The translations under genes were made by a program, and so were the position numbers. A stretch of DNA of 56,522 nt from Candidatus Zixiibacteriota bacterium (GTDB lineage: Bacteria > RBG-13-66-14 > B26-G2 > WVWN01), in contig JASFLY010000017.1 in the NCBI GenBank assembly GCA_050117845.1, positions 1-56,522 on the forward strand. The letters run 5' to 3'. Shown here in pieces: positions 56,388 to 56,522 of this stretch (position 1 is the stretch's first letter; every line of letters begins with the position of its first letter). The notes beneath the pieces were generated by a model. The model was not told the DNA's origin. It searched no databases and saw only the letters and a list, made by a program, of their open reading frames with translations.

Positions 56388-56522
56388 CTAATTCTTCGGG
56401 TGGAGCGTTAGCGGTAAATCGCTTTAATGCTCCCGAACGAGGACGGGGATACGCTTACCGTAGCCGGGCAATGTACGCGATATACGTACCCGTTTCCGGC
56501 GCAGGCTACCCAGAGGTACTGG

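Noticed and set aside
56400-56522. tRNA-like or hairpin sequence at the window end (GGAGCGTTAGCGGTAAATCGCTTTAATGCTCC)
   Set aside because: It forms a long imperfect hairpin but lacks tRNA hallmarks (no GTTCRANYC T-loop and no D-loop GG). More likely a second terminator hairpin, or the start of a minus-strand gene cut by the window edge.
1-56522. CRISPR arrays, IS elements, integrases beyond xerC/D, prophage genes
   Set aside because: No direct-repeat/spacer periodicity and no transposase-like ORF were seen. The xerC/D-like recombinase sits in a housekeeping context (lipid A genes, M50 protease) without flanking att-like repeats that I can detect.

Overview
High-GC (~65-68%) chromosomal segment from a Gram-negative (diderm) bacterium. 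Almost all genes are on the + strand, with many abutting or overlapping start/stop codons. Main contents in order:

- (1) Small methyltransferase and MBL-hydrolase genes.
- (2) An aminotransferase followed by gcvT-gcvH-gcvPA. Here the P-protein gene pair is split by three inserted genes: two tandem paralogs with duplicated ExbD/TolR-like domains and a small permease. These are followed by gcvPB and a lipoate ligase-family gene.
- (3) A bacterial microcompartment (BMC/metabolosome) locus, the most interesting feature:
  - acylating aldehyde dehydrogenase with a C-terminal encapsulation-peptide-like helix;
  - an unknown 4-TM membrane protein;
  - BMC-H;
  - PduL-type phosphotransacylase;
  - BMC-P;
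  - RnfC/PduS-like Fe-S flavoprotein;
  - TPR lipoprotein;
  - BMC-T.
  This is immediately followed by a four-subunit (delta-alpha-beta-gamma, Oor-type order) 2-oxoacid:ferredoxin oxidoreductase, then ndk, a CDP-alcohol phosphatidyltransferase and NfnAB-like genes. No recognisable signature enzyme or alcohol dehydrogenase is present.
- (4) comF, gap-pgk, and an RND efflux module (MFP-RND, two TetR regulators, TolC).
- (5) rpmE on the minus strand with an unusual low-complexity C-terminal extension.
- (6) A triplicated family of secreted Gly/Thr/Tyr-rich proteins, the middle copy carrying an in-frame TAG at a conserved Trp, with a bacterial type-A RNase P RNA (rnpB) lying between copies 2 and 3.
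- (7) A SurA-like chaperone on the minus strand, selB, ornithine aminotransferase, and a lipoprotein/outer-membrane protein pair.
- (8) A skp-lpxD-lpxC/fabZ(fusion)-lpxA-lpxI lipid A cluster, a second MBL hydrolase, xerC/D and an M50 protease.

Several rho-independent terminators and sigma70-like promoters are visible. The long minus-strand ORFs in the track are antisense artefacts of the high GC content.
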